Assembly: GCF_000737315.1 (NCBI RefSeq)
Contig: NZ_JMCB01000018.1
Location: 177,237-241,236 of the forward strand
Length of the DNA: 64,000 bases
Direction: 5' to 3'
Source of the DNA: Hyalangium minutum
GTDB taxonomy: Bacteria > Myxococcota > Myxococcia > Myxococcales > Myxococcaceae
Shown here piece by piece: positions 47,892 to 58,333 of this stretch. Every line of letters begins with the position of its first letter. The stretch's first letter is position 1. The translations under genes and the position numbers were made by a program. The notes below the pieces were generated by a model, which saw only the letters and a program-made list of their open reading frames with translations, ran no database searches and was not told where the DNA came from.

Positions 47892-48431
47892 TCCACACCC
47901 GTTGGCAGTTGGCACTGTTGATGCGACACCTTCGCCTGTTGCCGGATGAAGTCACCCAACTGCGCACATCCTAAGGCGAAAAACACATAGGGAGCACCGC
48001 TGTCGTCCATGGGAGTTCTGAGGGAAAAGCCGCTCAGGAGCCGAAAGAATTAACAGTGCAGTATTAGGTGTATCCGTCCGGCGACCGCCGTGCCGGAGCG
48101 CTTGAAGACGGGCGGGGGCTCTTCGCTCGCATCGCCGAACAACTCCGCCAAGTCCCAACTCCCTCCTGACGCCTCGCAGCTCTTTGATAACCTCGACGCC
48201 GACCGGTACGTGCCACTGTCATGACTGCGGGCGCTGCCGCATGTCCATTCGCCACGCGCGGCGCACAGACACCGCCATTGGATGGAGATCTGCCCGGCAC
48301 ATGCCTTCGCGTGACCGATCCGGGCTAGAACTGCCATTGCAGTCAGCCTATGCCAACCGAAGCAAACTGAGTGCTCTGCAAGCGCTAAGACTCTTCTTTA
48401 CAAGTCAATTTAGCGCACGGTGTGATTTATA

Positions 48432-50741
48432 CTACAGGTGAAATTTCCTGGCTAGGCGTTCACATTCAGATGCGGCCATCGGATCATCTGGAAACTCCTC
48501 GCGCCAATCCTTCATCAAGGCAGGTAGCTTTACCCTCACACCGAGCGCTTCGTAGGTGAGGGCGAGTGAGCGGTAGGAGTATCCTCTGAGATCTATGTTC
48601 TCTGGGCTGCTCTTGCTTAAGCCGTCTAGCGCACCCTCAAGATGGGCTTGCGCCTTCAGGAATTCATCTCTCGCTCGCTCGCGATGCATGCCGGCTGCTA
48701 GATCTTTGCCGAGGCGACTTCTGGCTTGGCCTGCAAAAGATCTCAAGGAACTATTGCCCGGCAAGAGATTTAAGCCTTTCTCTGCGGCCTCCGCAGCTTT
48801 AGTCCACTCGTGTTCAGCAAATTCCATCGACACCCAATGCTTATACATCTCTTCATTGCGGTGCTTGAGTTGATACGCGCGCTCGAACTTCTCCCGCGCA
48901 TCGGTGACTCTTCTGGGTTCCCATGCTTTATATACCCAGCCCAAGAATCCAAGCAGGGTGGGGTCGTTGGGGCGTCGCTGCAAAGCCTTTTTGAGAAGAT
49001 CTTCTGCCTTCGCGTGCTCTCGGCTCTTAACCAACAATACCGCTTGGCGGATAGCATCCTGCACTTCTTCGCGCCCAGTTCCTTTGGGGAACTCTCCAGA
49101 AAGCGCTTTGTATGCTCCTTCAACACGCCGCCAGAGGTCAGTTCGAGCATGAACTGTTCTCACTAATGCACGAGTATTAATATTGACTTCATATCTGGGC
49201 TCCCCATCTATGACTCGAGGTTTAGGCACCAAAAAGAGCCGCTGGAGTTCTGCAATTGAGCTTCCAAGAAGATCATCAGCGAATCCAGTGAGACTCTGAA
49301 GCTCCAGAAAAGATGGCGCATGCTTAACCATACATGCTGCAATCAGCACTTCTCGCGCCCTAGGCGAGAGCTTATCAAGCTCTCGGCCCAATGCATATTT
49401 TCTCGCTTCGTCGCCAGAGCGAGTGCGCCACTCGTTAATCGCCTGATGGAGTGGCATGATAGCAGCCAAGCGAATGAGGTCCTCCATATACAGAGGGGAA
49501 GACTCAGTGGCAGAAACAATATCGGCGATAGAATGCGAGGTGAGTTCTTTGACGTCAAGACTCATCATTTGATAGCGAGACTTGATAAAGTCTTCAGCAT
49601 CGTCTTTGCTCAACCCCGTCACTTGGGTAACCGTATGGCCGGTTCCCAGGATTGTTCTGCGGGAAGTTAACAACGCTTTGGATTTTGTCTGAGGAAGCAA
49701 TAGAGTGAAGAATTCGATAGCATCTTCCCCCGCGCCCTCTAGGCTGTCGATATCGTCCACCACGACCAAAGCGGGAAACAAGTTCAAGAGCTCAAGGCAT
49801 CGAGCCCTTTTTGTTTCCAAAGGACGAGAAGCGTCTTCACGCCACCCATAGAGGGTGAGGAGTTTCGAAAGCGCGCTGTCGAGGTTGGAGAAATCCGGCT
49901 CATCTATATTTTGTACTTGCCCTTCTTGAAAGCGCTTGAGCTTGGCACTTAGCCAAATTACTATTTGAAATGGTGCGGGGGCGCGTTTCTTCACTTCTTC
50001 TGCAAAAGCGTAAGCCAATGCAGATTTGCCCTTACCTCCATCGCCAACAAGCACCCATCGGCGGCTCAGTGGATCGTCAAACCACTTTCTGAGTTCATCG
50101 AGTTCGATAGTTCGTCCTACGAAGTCAACAACAATTGTTTCCCGCGGGGGAAGTCGATCTTCCAACGAAGGAGGGATGTCGCTCTCGCTTGCGATAGGCC
50201 TCCCACTCAATTGAGAGCTCAAATGAGCAACCTGCTCTGCCTCCTTTTCAAAGGAAAGTTGAGTCAGAACTCTGCGTGCGCAATCGAGCAAGACAAACGC
50301 ATCTTCAAACGAGAAATCTGTCTCCGCTGGGTGCGAAAGTGGGTCTCGCAGAGCCTTGATGTTTTGCATCCATTGAAGCAGAGCCCGTTTTGACAACTTA
50401 CGCTCATTTGGGTCGAGCGAGCCCACTGAAGGCACAAGCACGTCAAAGTGAACGTCAAAGATGTTGAAGAAGTGATTGACGCCAAGGAGGTCGAACTCGT
50501 CTAGAAGTGGGGCGCTGATTTCTCCTGTCTTTCGTCGTTCCTCGGCAGCGGCTTTTATTCCAGCCCACTCTTTTTGAAAGGGCTGTTGTAGCTTCTTCTG
50601 GAAATCTGTTGGGAACGCCTTGGTAAGTGCGTCGCGAGTATGGCGAACAATTGTATTTCGATAGATTCTTTGAATACCTTCGTAACAGAGCCCGAGATTC
50701 GTCATGGCCACGATTAAATAATGAGGCAGGATTTTGGTCAA
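48432..50741 (-). CDS. HEPN-NB-ARC (STAND ATPase)-winged helix-TPR protein, NLR-like candidate defence protein
   Basis: RDPLSH (RxxxxH, 50331-50348); Walker A GDGGKGKS (50022-50045); Walker B LVVVDD; LLTSRR; C-terminal TPR-like helices. GC is about 50%. The start is TTG 50741 or ATG 50705. Confidence 0.85.
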   Translation of the reverse strand: MTKILPHYLIVAMTNLGLCYEGIQRIYRNTIVRHTRDALTKAFPTDFQKKLQQPFQKEWAGIKAAAEERRKTGEISAPLLDEFDLLGVNHFFNIFDVHFDVLVPSVGSLDPNERKLSKRALLQWMQNIKALRDPLSHPAETDFSFEDAFVLLDCARRVLTQLSFEKEAEQVAHLSSQLSGRPIASESDIPPSLEDRLPPRETIVVDFVGRTIELDELRKWFDDPLSRRWVLVGDGGKGKSALAYAFAEEVKKRAPAPFQIVIWLSAKLKRFQEGQVQNIDEPDFSNLDSALSKLLTLYGWREDASRPLETKRARCLELLNLFPALVVVDDIDSLEGAGEDAIEFFTLLLPQTKSKALLTSRRTILGTGHTVTQVTGLSKDDAEDFIKSRYQMMSLDVKELTSHSIADIVSATESSPLYMEDLIRLAAIMPLHQAINEWRTRSGDEARKYALGRELDKLSPRAREVLIAACMVKHAPSFLELQSLTGFADDLLGSSIAELQRLFLVPKPRVIDGEPRYEVNINTRALVRTVHARTDLWRRVEGAYKALSGEFPKGTGREEVQDAIRQAVLLVKSREHAKAEDLLKKALQRRPNDPTLLGFLGWVYKAWEPRRVTDAREKFERAYQLKHRNEEMYKHWVSMEFAEHEWTKAAEAAEKGLNLLPGNSSLRSFAGQARSRLGKDLAAGMHRERARDEFLKAQAHLEGALDGLSKSSPENIDLRGYSYRSLALTYEALGVRVKLPALMKDWREEFPDDPMAASECERLARKFHL

Positions 50742-50775
50742 GCAGTTAGTCCTACTGTGTCATAAACGTTAGGGC

Positions 50776-50830
50776 TCCCTCGGGAATAGTCGTGTTGGCT
50801 GCTCCGGAGGAGCAGGACATTCCCGAGGGA
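50776..50830. other. Long bulged hairpin upstream of the HEPN-STAND gene
   Basis: TCCCTCGGGAAT/ATTCCCGAGGGA 12-bp perfect stem, plus GTC/GAC and CTGCTC/GAGCAG inner stems. Confidence 0.7.
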
Positions 50831-51189
50831 AAGCCAGGCGTTTGGGACATCGTAGGATTAGCAGGGTTTTGAAAAGGGGCTTGAGGGTCTTCTGACATAC
50901 AACCCATGGGGATGGAGCCTCAACATCATACAATGGGTGCTAGGCCTCTCGAAGTCTGCCTTGAAAATGTTCTGCTCGACACACCAAACTCGTTAGCCGA
51001 CAATGTTTCCCAGGGAGTAACAACGCAGGCATGCGTTAGCGGAGTTCCGGTGCATACAGGGGACGTGTTTTCGGCATCGCAGAGTCCCTCCCCCCAAGGG
51101 AAGGAGCCATGAAACCGGCGCAACTCCAATCCTCGCTGGAGCAGGACAGGTGGTGCCGAACACCCTCTCCGTGCTTTCGTCTCCAAAGA

Positions 51190-52450
51190 CAGGCCTGATT
51201 CAAAGTCAGGGGCTGCGGAGATCAGAAGGTGAGCGAGGTCGGGCATTTGTGCAGGAGGAGGCGCGTCTTGGTGGATACCGTCCGTAGCAGTCGCGGATTC
51301 TGATCGCGCTCCTGGATGTCATCTCAGGTAGGCGACGAGGCCGCTTACCTGTCCGGTTCCCAGTAGGAAAGAGGTGAGCTACAGCGCCCCCCGGGAGAAG
51401 GCGGCGGGATGGAGCTGGCGAGCCCCATCCCCCCAAGTGGCTTCCGCAGGGAAAAGGCGCAGGAGCCGGGAGCAGTGGAGCATGAGTGGAGTGCCAGGAC
51501 AACGGCGGCGCGCGTTGCGCTGGGCCGAGATGGAGTGGAGCCCGGAGTTGGAGGACCCACGGCAGGCGCGGGGCAAGAGGTACGAGCACCACGGGCTGTT
51601 GGGGCTGTTGGGGCTGTTGGTGGCAGCGTTCGCCTGTGGGCTGAAGAGCTTGAGGCGGATGGAGGACTTGGCCACGGACTTGGGAGCGCGCGTGCGCAAG
51701 CGGCTTTCGGTGCCCCAGAAAGTGTCGGACACCACGCTGTGGCGGCTGTTGGCCGGGCAGTCGACGGCGGGGCTGCGGCAGACGGTGGCCGCCCAGGTGC
51801 GCAGGCTGCTCAAGAAGCCAGGGCTGCAGAAAGTGGCGCTGCCAATGGGCGTCATGTCCTTCGATGGCAAGAGCCTGTGGACCAGCCAGCAGCAGCAGGT
51901 GCCCGGGCTGGAGGCGGTGGCCAATGACGAAGCGGGCACGCCGCTGTGGCGCCTGGGAGCGCTGCGGGCGGTGCTCACCCACTTGGTGGCCGCCCCCTGC
52001 GTGGACCTGGAATTCATCGGCGCCAAGGAGGGCGAGAGCCCGGCGTTCCGTCGGTTGCTGCCGCGGGTGGTGAAGACATGGGGCGAGCACTTCCAGGTGC
52101 GACCGCCAGCCATGCCTGCACTCGCGCTCCTCGCTGGAGGTGACGGCCTGGCTGCGAGTGATGGCCTACAACCTGGTGTCGGCTTGGCGTGCGCGGCTGC
52201 CGCTCAAGGACAGGCTGCCAGTGGCCTGGGCTCGCGCCTGCGAGATGCTGCGCGACGCGCTCGTCCACGGTCGCGCGGAGGTGCCCCTGCCCACACTCGC
52301 CTGACGGGTTCGCCGGCCCCTCCGCCTTCTCCCTCATCTCGAACTCACTGCACGGCCGCCCGGCCGAACGGCGCAGCATTGCCTTCGTGCACCCGCTCTC
52401 ATCAGGCTCTACTCACGCGATCGCAGAGGCCTGACTTTGGATCAGGCCTG
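51190..52450 (+). mobile_element. Internally deleted ISAs1-like insertion sequence (1261 bp)
   Basis: 21-bp terminal inverted repeats CAGGCCTGAT(T/C)CAAAGTCAGG (51190-51210 and 52430-52450); 11-bp flanking direct repeats GTCTCCAAAGA/GCCTCCAAAGA; transposase fragments inside. Confidence 0.8.
51482..52304 (+). pseudogene. ISAs1-like DDE transposase with an internal deletion and frameshift at about 52100
   Basis: The N-terminal part (DPR..RGKRY, SDTTLWRLL, SFDGK, GESPAF..LL) ends at GEHFQV. The C-terminal tail (DRQPC..LRVMAYNLV..PTLA*, stop 52302-04) resumes in another frame. Confidence 0.75.
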
Positions 52451-52500
52451 GCCTCCAAAGAGGGTAGGACAGACGGCCCGGGATTTCGTAGGCTGGGGCC

Positions 52501-52770
52501 ATGCTCCAGGGCTCGGGCCGCTGCCACTATCACCCGGATCGCGCGGGGCTCGGCATCTGCGTCGAGTGCCGGCGGGTCATCTGCCGAGAGTGCACCACGC
52601 AGTTCGAGGGCATCAACCGCTGCGCGAGCTGCCTCGAGAAGCGCCTCAAGGTGCTGGAGGGCCCCGCGCAGCGCCAGGAATGGTCGTTCGGCAATGTGGT
52701 GCTCGCGCTGCTGAGCGTGGGCATTGTCTATGGGGGGGTCCGCCTGGCCATCGTGCTGGCGGGTTACTGA
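52501..52770 (+). CDS. Small B-box/zinc-finger-like membrane protein
   Basis: C.YHP...C..C...C..C...C..C pattern plus a C-terminal TM; abuts the next gene. Confidence 0.75.
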   Translation: MLQGSGRCHYHPDRAGLGICVECRRVICRECTTQFEGINRCASCLEKRLKVLEGPAQRQEWSFGNVVLALLSVGIVYGGVRLAIVLAGY

Positions 52771-54657
52771 ATGGCCGTCTCCGCGCTCGAGCTGCGCCCC
52801 CGAGGCGCTGTCGCCATCCTGGATGCCGCCCTGCGGCTGTGCTCGCGCACCACGGGCGTCTGGGCACTCACGCTGCCCGGTGGGGCCCTGGTCACCGCTG
52901 CCCTGCTCCACCTGGCCGACGCGGCGACTCACCGCCAGCCGCTGGCCCTGCCCGCACTGTGGATGACGCTCGCCTGGCTCGCCCGCGGCGTGCTCCAGGG
53001 CGCCACCTGCCACTACTTGCAGGAGCTGCTCTTGGGGCAGAAGGAGCCCGCTGCGCTCTCCAGCCTGCGTGCCGCTCTGGGCCGACTGCCCAGCCTCTTC
53101 GCCACGACGGCCTTCCTGCTCGTCTTCAACACCGCCACGCTCGTCTTCTCGCTGGGGCTCGCCTTCTTCCTGCTGTCCTCTCACATCGTCGGCTACGCGG
53201 TGACGATGCAGGGCAAGGGCAGCCCCCTCCGGCTGTATGGGCTGTGCTCGCGGATGCTGGGACCGGCGCGCGCCAGCGCCACGGGCGTGCGGATGATGCT
53301 GCTGGTGCAGGCGCTGCTCCTGGTCAACCTCCACCTGGCGATCAACGTGCTGTTCTGGCTGGGCCGGACCCTGCTGGGCATCGATCTCACCTTCGCCGAG
53401 CGCTTCGCGTCGATCGACAACCCTTCCTGGTGGCTCTTCATCGTCGCGCTCACCTTCACACTCTTCGAGCCCATCAAGGCGGCCACCTCCACCCTTCTGC
53501 TGGTGGACGGGCGAGTGCGCCAGGAAGGGCTGGATCTGCTCGCCTCGGTGCAACAGCTCCCAGCGCGGAAGAGCCCCGGCTCGGCCCGGAGCGCGGCACT
53601 TGTCTTCCTGTGCGTCCTGCTCGGCGGCACGGCGGCCCGGGCCCAGACCGAGCCCCAGGAAGAGGTGGTGCCGCGCTCGGAGCTTCGCCAGCGCCTGGAG
53701 GCGGTGACCGAGCGCTGCAACGCCGAGGGTGATGGCGTGGAAGAGTCCCTTGAGGCCACGGACTCGCTGAGCCAAGCGGAGGCCATCAAGCTCCAGCGCC
53801 TGCTGCGCAGCGTGGAGCAACTGGCGAACGAGGACGAGGACTGCACAGCGGCGCGAGAGAAGCTGCAGCAAGGCCTGACGCTGGCCCGGCAGACGTCGGA
53901 ACTCGAGCAGGCCCCACCGGACGCGCGGGCCGCCTCCGCGAAGGCCCAGGACATCCTCTCGCGCCCCGAGTTCGCCCAGGCCCCTCCCCCTCCCGAGAAG
54001 GAGGAGCAGGTGAAGGAGGAGTCCGCGCCGCCCGAGGAGTCCGGCTGGTGGAAGGACTTCAAGGACTGGCTGAAGAAGATGCTCAAGAAGCTCTTCGAGC
54101 CAGATCCCGACCGCAAGCCGCCTCCCCGGCGTGCCGACTTTGCGCCCTCGACGGGCATGAGCGGTGCCAACGTCATCGTGGTCCTCGGCATCGCGCTGAC
54201 GGTGGTGGTGCTGGCGGCCGTGCTCATCCGCGCCCTGGGCCGCCGGCAGAAAGAGGAGACCGCGCAGCTCGAGGTGAGCACGCTGGACGCGAAGGCGCTC
54301 GCGAACGACGAGCTGAGCGCCCTGGCCCGCCCGCCAGAGGGCTGGGCCCACCTGGCTGACGAGCTGGCCGCCAAGGGCGAGTACCGCGAGGCGGTGCGCA
54401 GCCTCTACCTGGCGCTGCTGTCCCGGCTGCACCGCGAGGGCGCCATCCTCTATGACTCCACGCTGAGCAACTGGGACTACCTGCGCCACTTCAAGGGCCG
54501 CCGGGACTGGCTGCCGCCCTTCCGCGAGCTGACGCGCCGCTTCGACTTCGCCTGGTACGGCAACCTGCCGGTGGGGGCTCAGGGCTACCAGGACTTCCGC
54601 GCCCTCACGCAGCCGCTGCTCAACGCGCCCGCGCAGCTGGAGGCCCCCGGTGCGTGA
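52771..54657 (+). CDS. DUF4129-domain membrane protein
   Basis: Multi-TM N-terminus; C-terminal YREAVRSLYLA..TLSNWDY..LTRRFDFAWYG. Confidence 0.8.
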   Translation: MAVSALELRPRGAVAILDAALRLCSRTTGVWALTLPGGALVTAALLHLADAATHRQPLALPALWMTLAWLARGVLQGATCHYLQELLLGQKEPAALSSLRAALGRLPSLFATTAFLLVFNTATLVFSLGLAFFLLSSHIVGYAVTMQGKGSPLRLYGLCSRMLGPARASATGVRMMLLVQALLLVNLHLAINVLFWLGRTLLGIDLTFAERFASIDNPSWWLFIVALTFTLFEPIKAATSTLLLVDGRVRQEGLDLLASVQQLPARKSPGSARSAALVFLCVLLGGTAARAQTEPQEEVVPRSELRQRLEAVTERCNAEGDGVEESLEATDSLSQAEAIKLQRLLRSVEQLANEDEDCTAAREKLQQGLTLARQTSELEQAPPDARAASAKAQDILSRPEFAQAPPPPEKEEQVKEESAPPEESGWWKDFKDWLKKMLKKLFEPDPDRKPPPRRADFAPSTGMSGANVIVVLGIALTVVVLAAVLIRALGRRQKEETAQLEVSTLDAKALANDELSALARPPEGWAHLADELAAKGEYREAVRSLYLALLSRLHREGAILYDSTLSNWDYLRHFKGRRDWLPPFRELTRRFDFAWYGNLPVGAQGYQDFRALTQPLLNAPAQLEAPGA

Positions 54658-55942
54658 TCGTTTCCCCCTGCTCGTCGTGGGTGGACTGGTGCTCGTGGCA
54701 CTGCTGGGCAACCTCCTGCTGAAGGGGGCCTCTCGCAGCGGGTTCGCGGACGTCCTGTCCACGTACCGGGCCTCGGAGGGCGGCGCGAGGGCGCTCTACC
54801 TGCTGCTCCAGGAGAGCGGCCTGCCCGTGGTCCGGCGCTCCTCGGATCTCCAGGTGATGGACAAGGACTCCTCCGCCACGGTGGTGCTGCTGGCGGTGGA
54901 CGTGAGCGGCTCGCGCGAGGACGACCCGGACGAGACGATGCTCGCCGTCGATCGCGGCGATGACTTGTCGAGCGAGGACGTGCCCAGCGAGGGCCTCAAC
55001 TTCCTCAAGGCCCAGCGGCTGAGCGAGGACGAGCGCGAGAAGCTGATCGAACACGTGAAGGCGGGACACTCGCTCGTGTACGTGGTGTGGGGCTCGCGGG
55101 AGAACCCGCTCCTGGACGCGATGAAGGTGAAGCTGTCCAAGGTGGACACCTCGCTGCCCATGCGCACGCTCGTGCCTCCGCTGTCCACGCCGTACACATT
55201 GGGCGTGGAGCGCGTGGAGGCCAAGGTGCAGTCCTTCCTGGAGCTTCCCTCGGACGCGGTGCCCGTGCTGCAGGACGCGCAGCTGGAGCAACCGGTGGCG
55301 GCGGTGGTACCGCTGGGCCTGGGCAAGGTGCTGGTGGTGGGCGCCCCCGAGCTGGCGATGAACCAGGCGCTCGCACGCGCGGACAACGCGCAGTTCTGGC
55401 TGAGCACCCTGCGCGCCCTGGGCCCCGGGCCCTATGAGTTCAGTGAGTTCCACCACGGCTTCACCGACCAGCGATCGATCATCGACTTCGCGCGGCGCTA
55501 TGGCCTGCAGTTCGCGGTGGCGCAGCTGCTGCTCGGGCTGGGGCTGTGGTCCATCTCGCTCAAGCGCTTCGGCCGCCCGCGCCCACCGCCCGAGTCCGTC
55601 CGCGTGGGCGCCACGGATGCCCTCTTCGCCATGAGCCGCCTCTACCGCGAGGGCGGCCACCAGCCGTTCGCCGCCGGGCTGATTGCCAAGGGGCTGACGC
55701 AGGACCTGGCCATCTACGCCGGGCTGCCCGCGCACTCCTCCGCGCCGGCCGTGGCCGAGGGGCTGCTGGCGCGCAGCCGGGAGGATCTGTCCCAGGGTCT
55801 GCGGGCCATCGTGCGCCGCGCCGAGGAGACGAAGAGCGACAAGGATCTCCAGCAGCTGGCCGCGCGCGCCGCCGAGCTGCGCAACCGCATCCATCCCACC
55901 GGGCGATTGCACGCGCCCACCGCATCCGCCGAGGAGTCATGA
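54650..55942 (+). CDS. DUF4350-domain protein
   Basis: STYR...[26 protein letters not shown] and KRFGRP motifs; position in the operon. Confidence 0.75.
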   Translation: MRDRFPLLVVGGLVLVALLGNLLLKGASRSGFADVLSTYRASEGGARALYLLLQESGLPVVRRSSDLQVMDKDSSATVVLLAVDVSGSREDDPDETMLAVDRGDDLSSEDVPSEGLNFLKAQRLSEDEREKLIEHVKAGHSLVYVVWGSRENPLLDAMKVKLSKVDTSLPMRTLVPPLSTPYTLGVERVEAKVQSFLELPSDAVPVLQDAQLEQPVAAVVPLGLGKVLVVGAPELAMNQALARADNAQFWLSTLRALGPGPYEFSEFHHGFTDQRSIIDFARRYGLQFAVAQLLLGLGLWSISLKRFGRPRPPPESVRVGATDALFAMSRLYREGGHQPFAAGLIAKGLTQDLAIYAGLPAHSSAPAVAEGLLARSREDLSQGLRAIVRRAEETKSDKDLQQLAARAAELRNRIHPTGRLHAPTASAEES

Positions 55943-56940
55943 CCGTTCCATCCGTCCCCGCCCCTTCCTTCGCCCAGCCGGGCAACGTGGTGCAGGCAGC
56001 CAATGCGATCCGCGAGGGCGTGTTGAGCGAGGTGCGCAAGGCCGTCGTTGGCCAGGACGAGGCGCTGGAGCTGATGCTCTGCGGCCTCATCGCCGGCGGC
56101 CATGTGCTGCTGGAGGGCGTGCCGGGCGTGGCCAAGACGCTGATGGCCAAGGCGCTGGCGCGCAGCGTGAGCGCGGACTTCAAGCGCATCCAGTTCACGC
56201 CGGACCTGATGCCCGCGGACATCCTGGGCACCAGCATCTTCGACTTGAAGTCCCAGGCCTTCGTGCTGGTGCGAGGGCCGATCTTCACGGACCTGCTGCT
56301 GGCGGACGAGATCAACCGCGCTCCGGCGAAGACGCAGTCCGCGCTCCTGGAGGCGATGCAGGAGCGCGCCGTGTCGCTGGAGGGCCGCAACATCACGCTC
56401 TCTCCCCTCTTCACGGTGTTCGCCACGCAGAACCCGGTGGAGTCCGAGGGCACGTACCCGCTGCCAGAGGCGCAGCTCGACCGCTTCCTGTTCAAGATCG
56501 AGGTGGGCTACCCGGCGCCCGAGGAGGAGGACGCGATCCTCGCGTCGGTGAACCGTGGCTTCGACGCGGGAGACCTGGCGCGCGCGGGCGTGGGGGCGGC
56601 GGTGGCGAAGGAGGGGCTGCTGGGGGCTCGGACGGCGATGAACGAGGTGACGGTGGAGCCGCCGGTGCTCTCGTACATCCGCAAGCTGGTGTCGGCCACG
56701 CGCAGCTCCAGCCGCATCCGTCTGGGCGCGGGGCCTCGCGCGGCGGTGCACCTGCTGATGGCGGCCAAGGCGCTGGCGGCGCTGCGAGGCCGGGGCTTCG
56801 TGACACCGGATGACGTGCGCTTCCTGGCGAACCCCGTGCTCAAGCACCGGCTGCTGCTGTCGCCGGAGGCGGAGCTGGACGGAGCCACGCCCACGGATGC
56901 ACTGCGCGAGGTGGTTCAGTCCGTCGAGGTTCCCCGGTGA
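55939..56940 (+). CDS. MoxR-family AAA+ ATPase
   Basis: [63 protein letters not shown]. Start at ATG 55939. Confidence 0.95.
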   Translation: MTVPSVPAPSFAQPGNVVQAANAIREGVLSEVRKAVVGQDEALELMLCGLIAGGHVLLEGVPGVAKTLMAKALARSVSADFKRIQFTPDLMPADILGTSIFDLKSQAFVLVRGPIFTDLLLADEINRAPAKTQSALLEAMQERAVSLEGRNITLSPLFTVFATQNPVESEGTYPLPEAQLDRFLFKIEVGYPAPEEEDAILASVNRGFDAGDLARAGVGAAVAKEGLLGARTAMNEVTVEPPVLSYIRKLVSATRSSSRIRLGAGPRAAVHLLMAAKALAALRGRGFVTPDDVRFLANPVLKHRLLLSPEAELDGATPTDALREVVQSVEVPR

Positions 56941-58244
56941 TACCGACCACGCGCCTGTGGGCGCTGCTCGCCCTGCTGGCGCTGCCGATGATGGCGGCGG
57001 GCTTCTCTCCGGGGCTGGGCGGGCTCGTGCTCGCGCTGGACGTGCTGGTGCTGGGACTGGCGGCGGTGGACTTCCTGATGGCGCGCCGGGCGCGGCTCGA
57101 GGTGCAACGGAAGCTGCCCTCGAAGCTGTCGGTGGGCGTGGCGAACCGGGTGGAGGTGCTGCTGATCCACCGCTCCAGCCAGGCGGTGCAGGTGCGCGTG
57201 CGAGACGACGTGCCGGACGGCTTCACCGCGACACCGGAGGAGGCACCGCTGCAACTGCCACCGGAGAGCCAGACGCGGTGGGTGTACCGGGTGACGCCGA
57301 CGAAGCGCGGCAAGTTCTCCTTTGGCGACGTGCACGTGCGGGTGCAGGGGCCATTGGGGCTGGTGTTTCACGAGCGCGCATTCAAGGTGGGCGAGGCGGC
57401 CTCGGTGTTCCCGGATCTGCGGGGAGCGAGCCGGCTGCTGCTCTCGGGGGCCGCGCTGGACCTGGTGAACCTGGGCCTGCGCCAGCTGCGGCGGGACGGC
57501 AGAGGGAGCGAGTTCGCGCGCCTGCGTGACTACGCGCAGGGAGACTCGGTACGCGAGGTGGACTGGAAGGCCACGGCACGCCGGAACAAGCCGGTGACGC
57601 GGGTGATGGAGTCCGAGCGCTCGCAGTCCATCCTCATCTGCGTGGATGCGGGGCGCTCAATGGCGGCGCAGGTGGACGGGCTGACGAAGCTGGACCACGC
57701 GGTGAACGCAGCGCTCTTCCTGGCTTTCGTGGCGGTGAAGAATGGAGACCGGGTCGGGCTGGTGGTGTTCGCGGACGGGGTGAAGGCGTACCTGGCGCCA
57801 GCGGCGGGCCGTGGGCAGTACCGGAAGATCGTGGACGCGCTGTACTCGGCGACGCCGAGCCTCACGTACGTGGACTACCTGGCGCTCTTCAAGGAGCTGA
57901 ACCTCCGGCTGACACGGCGGAGCCTACTGTGTGTCTTCACGGACTTCCTGGACGAGGAGCAGGCTTCGACGATGATCGATCCGCTGCACCGGCTGGCGCG
58001 ACGCCACGTGCCGCTGTGCCTGTCGGTGAAGGACTCGGCGCTGCTGGGACTGCTGCGCCGGCCACCGCCCGGACCGGAAGAGGCGTTCCAGCACGCGGTG
58101 GCCTCGGAGCTGCTGATGGACCGCGAGCTGCTCAAGGCCAAGGTGAGCATGGGCGGGGTGCAGATGATCGACGTGCAGCCCGACGAGCTGAGCCTGGCGG
58201 CGGTGAACCGTTACCTGGACATCAAGGCGCGCGGAGTGCTGTAG
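56937..58244 (+). CDS. DUF58-domain (VWA-like) protein
   Basis: [26 protein letters not shown] and DAGRSM. Confidence 0.9.
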   Translation: MIPTTRLWALLALLALPMMAAGFSPGLGGLVLALDVLVLGLAAVDFLMARRARLEVQRKLPSKLSVGVANRVEVLLIHRSSQAVQVRVRDDVPDGFTATPEEAPLQLPPESQTRWVYRVTPTKRGKFSFGDVHVRVQGPLGLVFHERAFKVGEAASVFPDLRGASRLLLSGAALDLVNLGLRQLRRDGRGSEFARLRDYAQGDSVREVDWKATARRNKPVTRVMESERSQSILICVDAGRSMAAQVDGLTKLDHAVNAALFLAFVAVKNGDRVGLVVFADGVKAYLAPAAGRGQYRKIVDALYSATPSLTYVDYLALFKELNLRLTRRSLLCVFTDFLDEEQASTMIDPLHRLARRHVPLCLSVKDSALLGLLRRPPPGPEEAFQHAVASELLMDRELLKAKVSMGGVQMIDVQPDELSLAAVNRYLDIKARGVL

Positions 58245-58249
58245 CGCGG

Positions 58250-58278
58250 GGTGTAAGATGGCTAGAAGGCCATACACC
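58250..58278 (+). terminator. Bulged hairpin after the MoxR operon
   Basis: GGTGT-AAG-ATGGC-TAGAAG-GCCAT-ACACC. Confidence 0.3.
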
Positions 58279-58333
58279 AAGACACGGTGGACATGGTCAT
58301 CAAGACCTGCTCAGAGGCACGGCGTGCTGAGCT

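Noticed and set aside
47549-48010. 153-aa minus-strand ORF and other short ORFs in 47.9-48.4 kb
   Set aside because: No RBS or motifs, and it overlaps the hydrolase gene and the inverted-repeat element. Degraded gene remnants cannot be excluded.
50906-51112. 68-aa ORF between the STAND gene and the IS
   Set aside because: No motif, no clear RBS and atypical composition, so it cannot be supported as a partner gene.
51374-52714. 446-aa ORF as an intact transposase
   Set aside because: Homology ends at about 52100, and the frame then runs through the right TIR into the antisense-like frame of the next gene.
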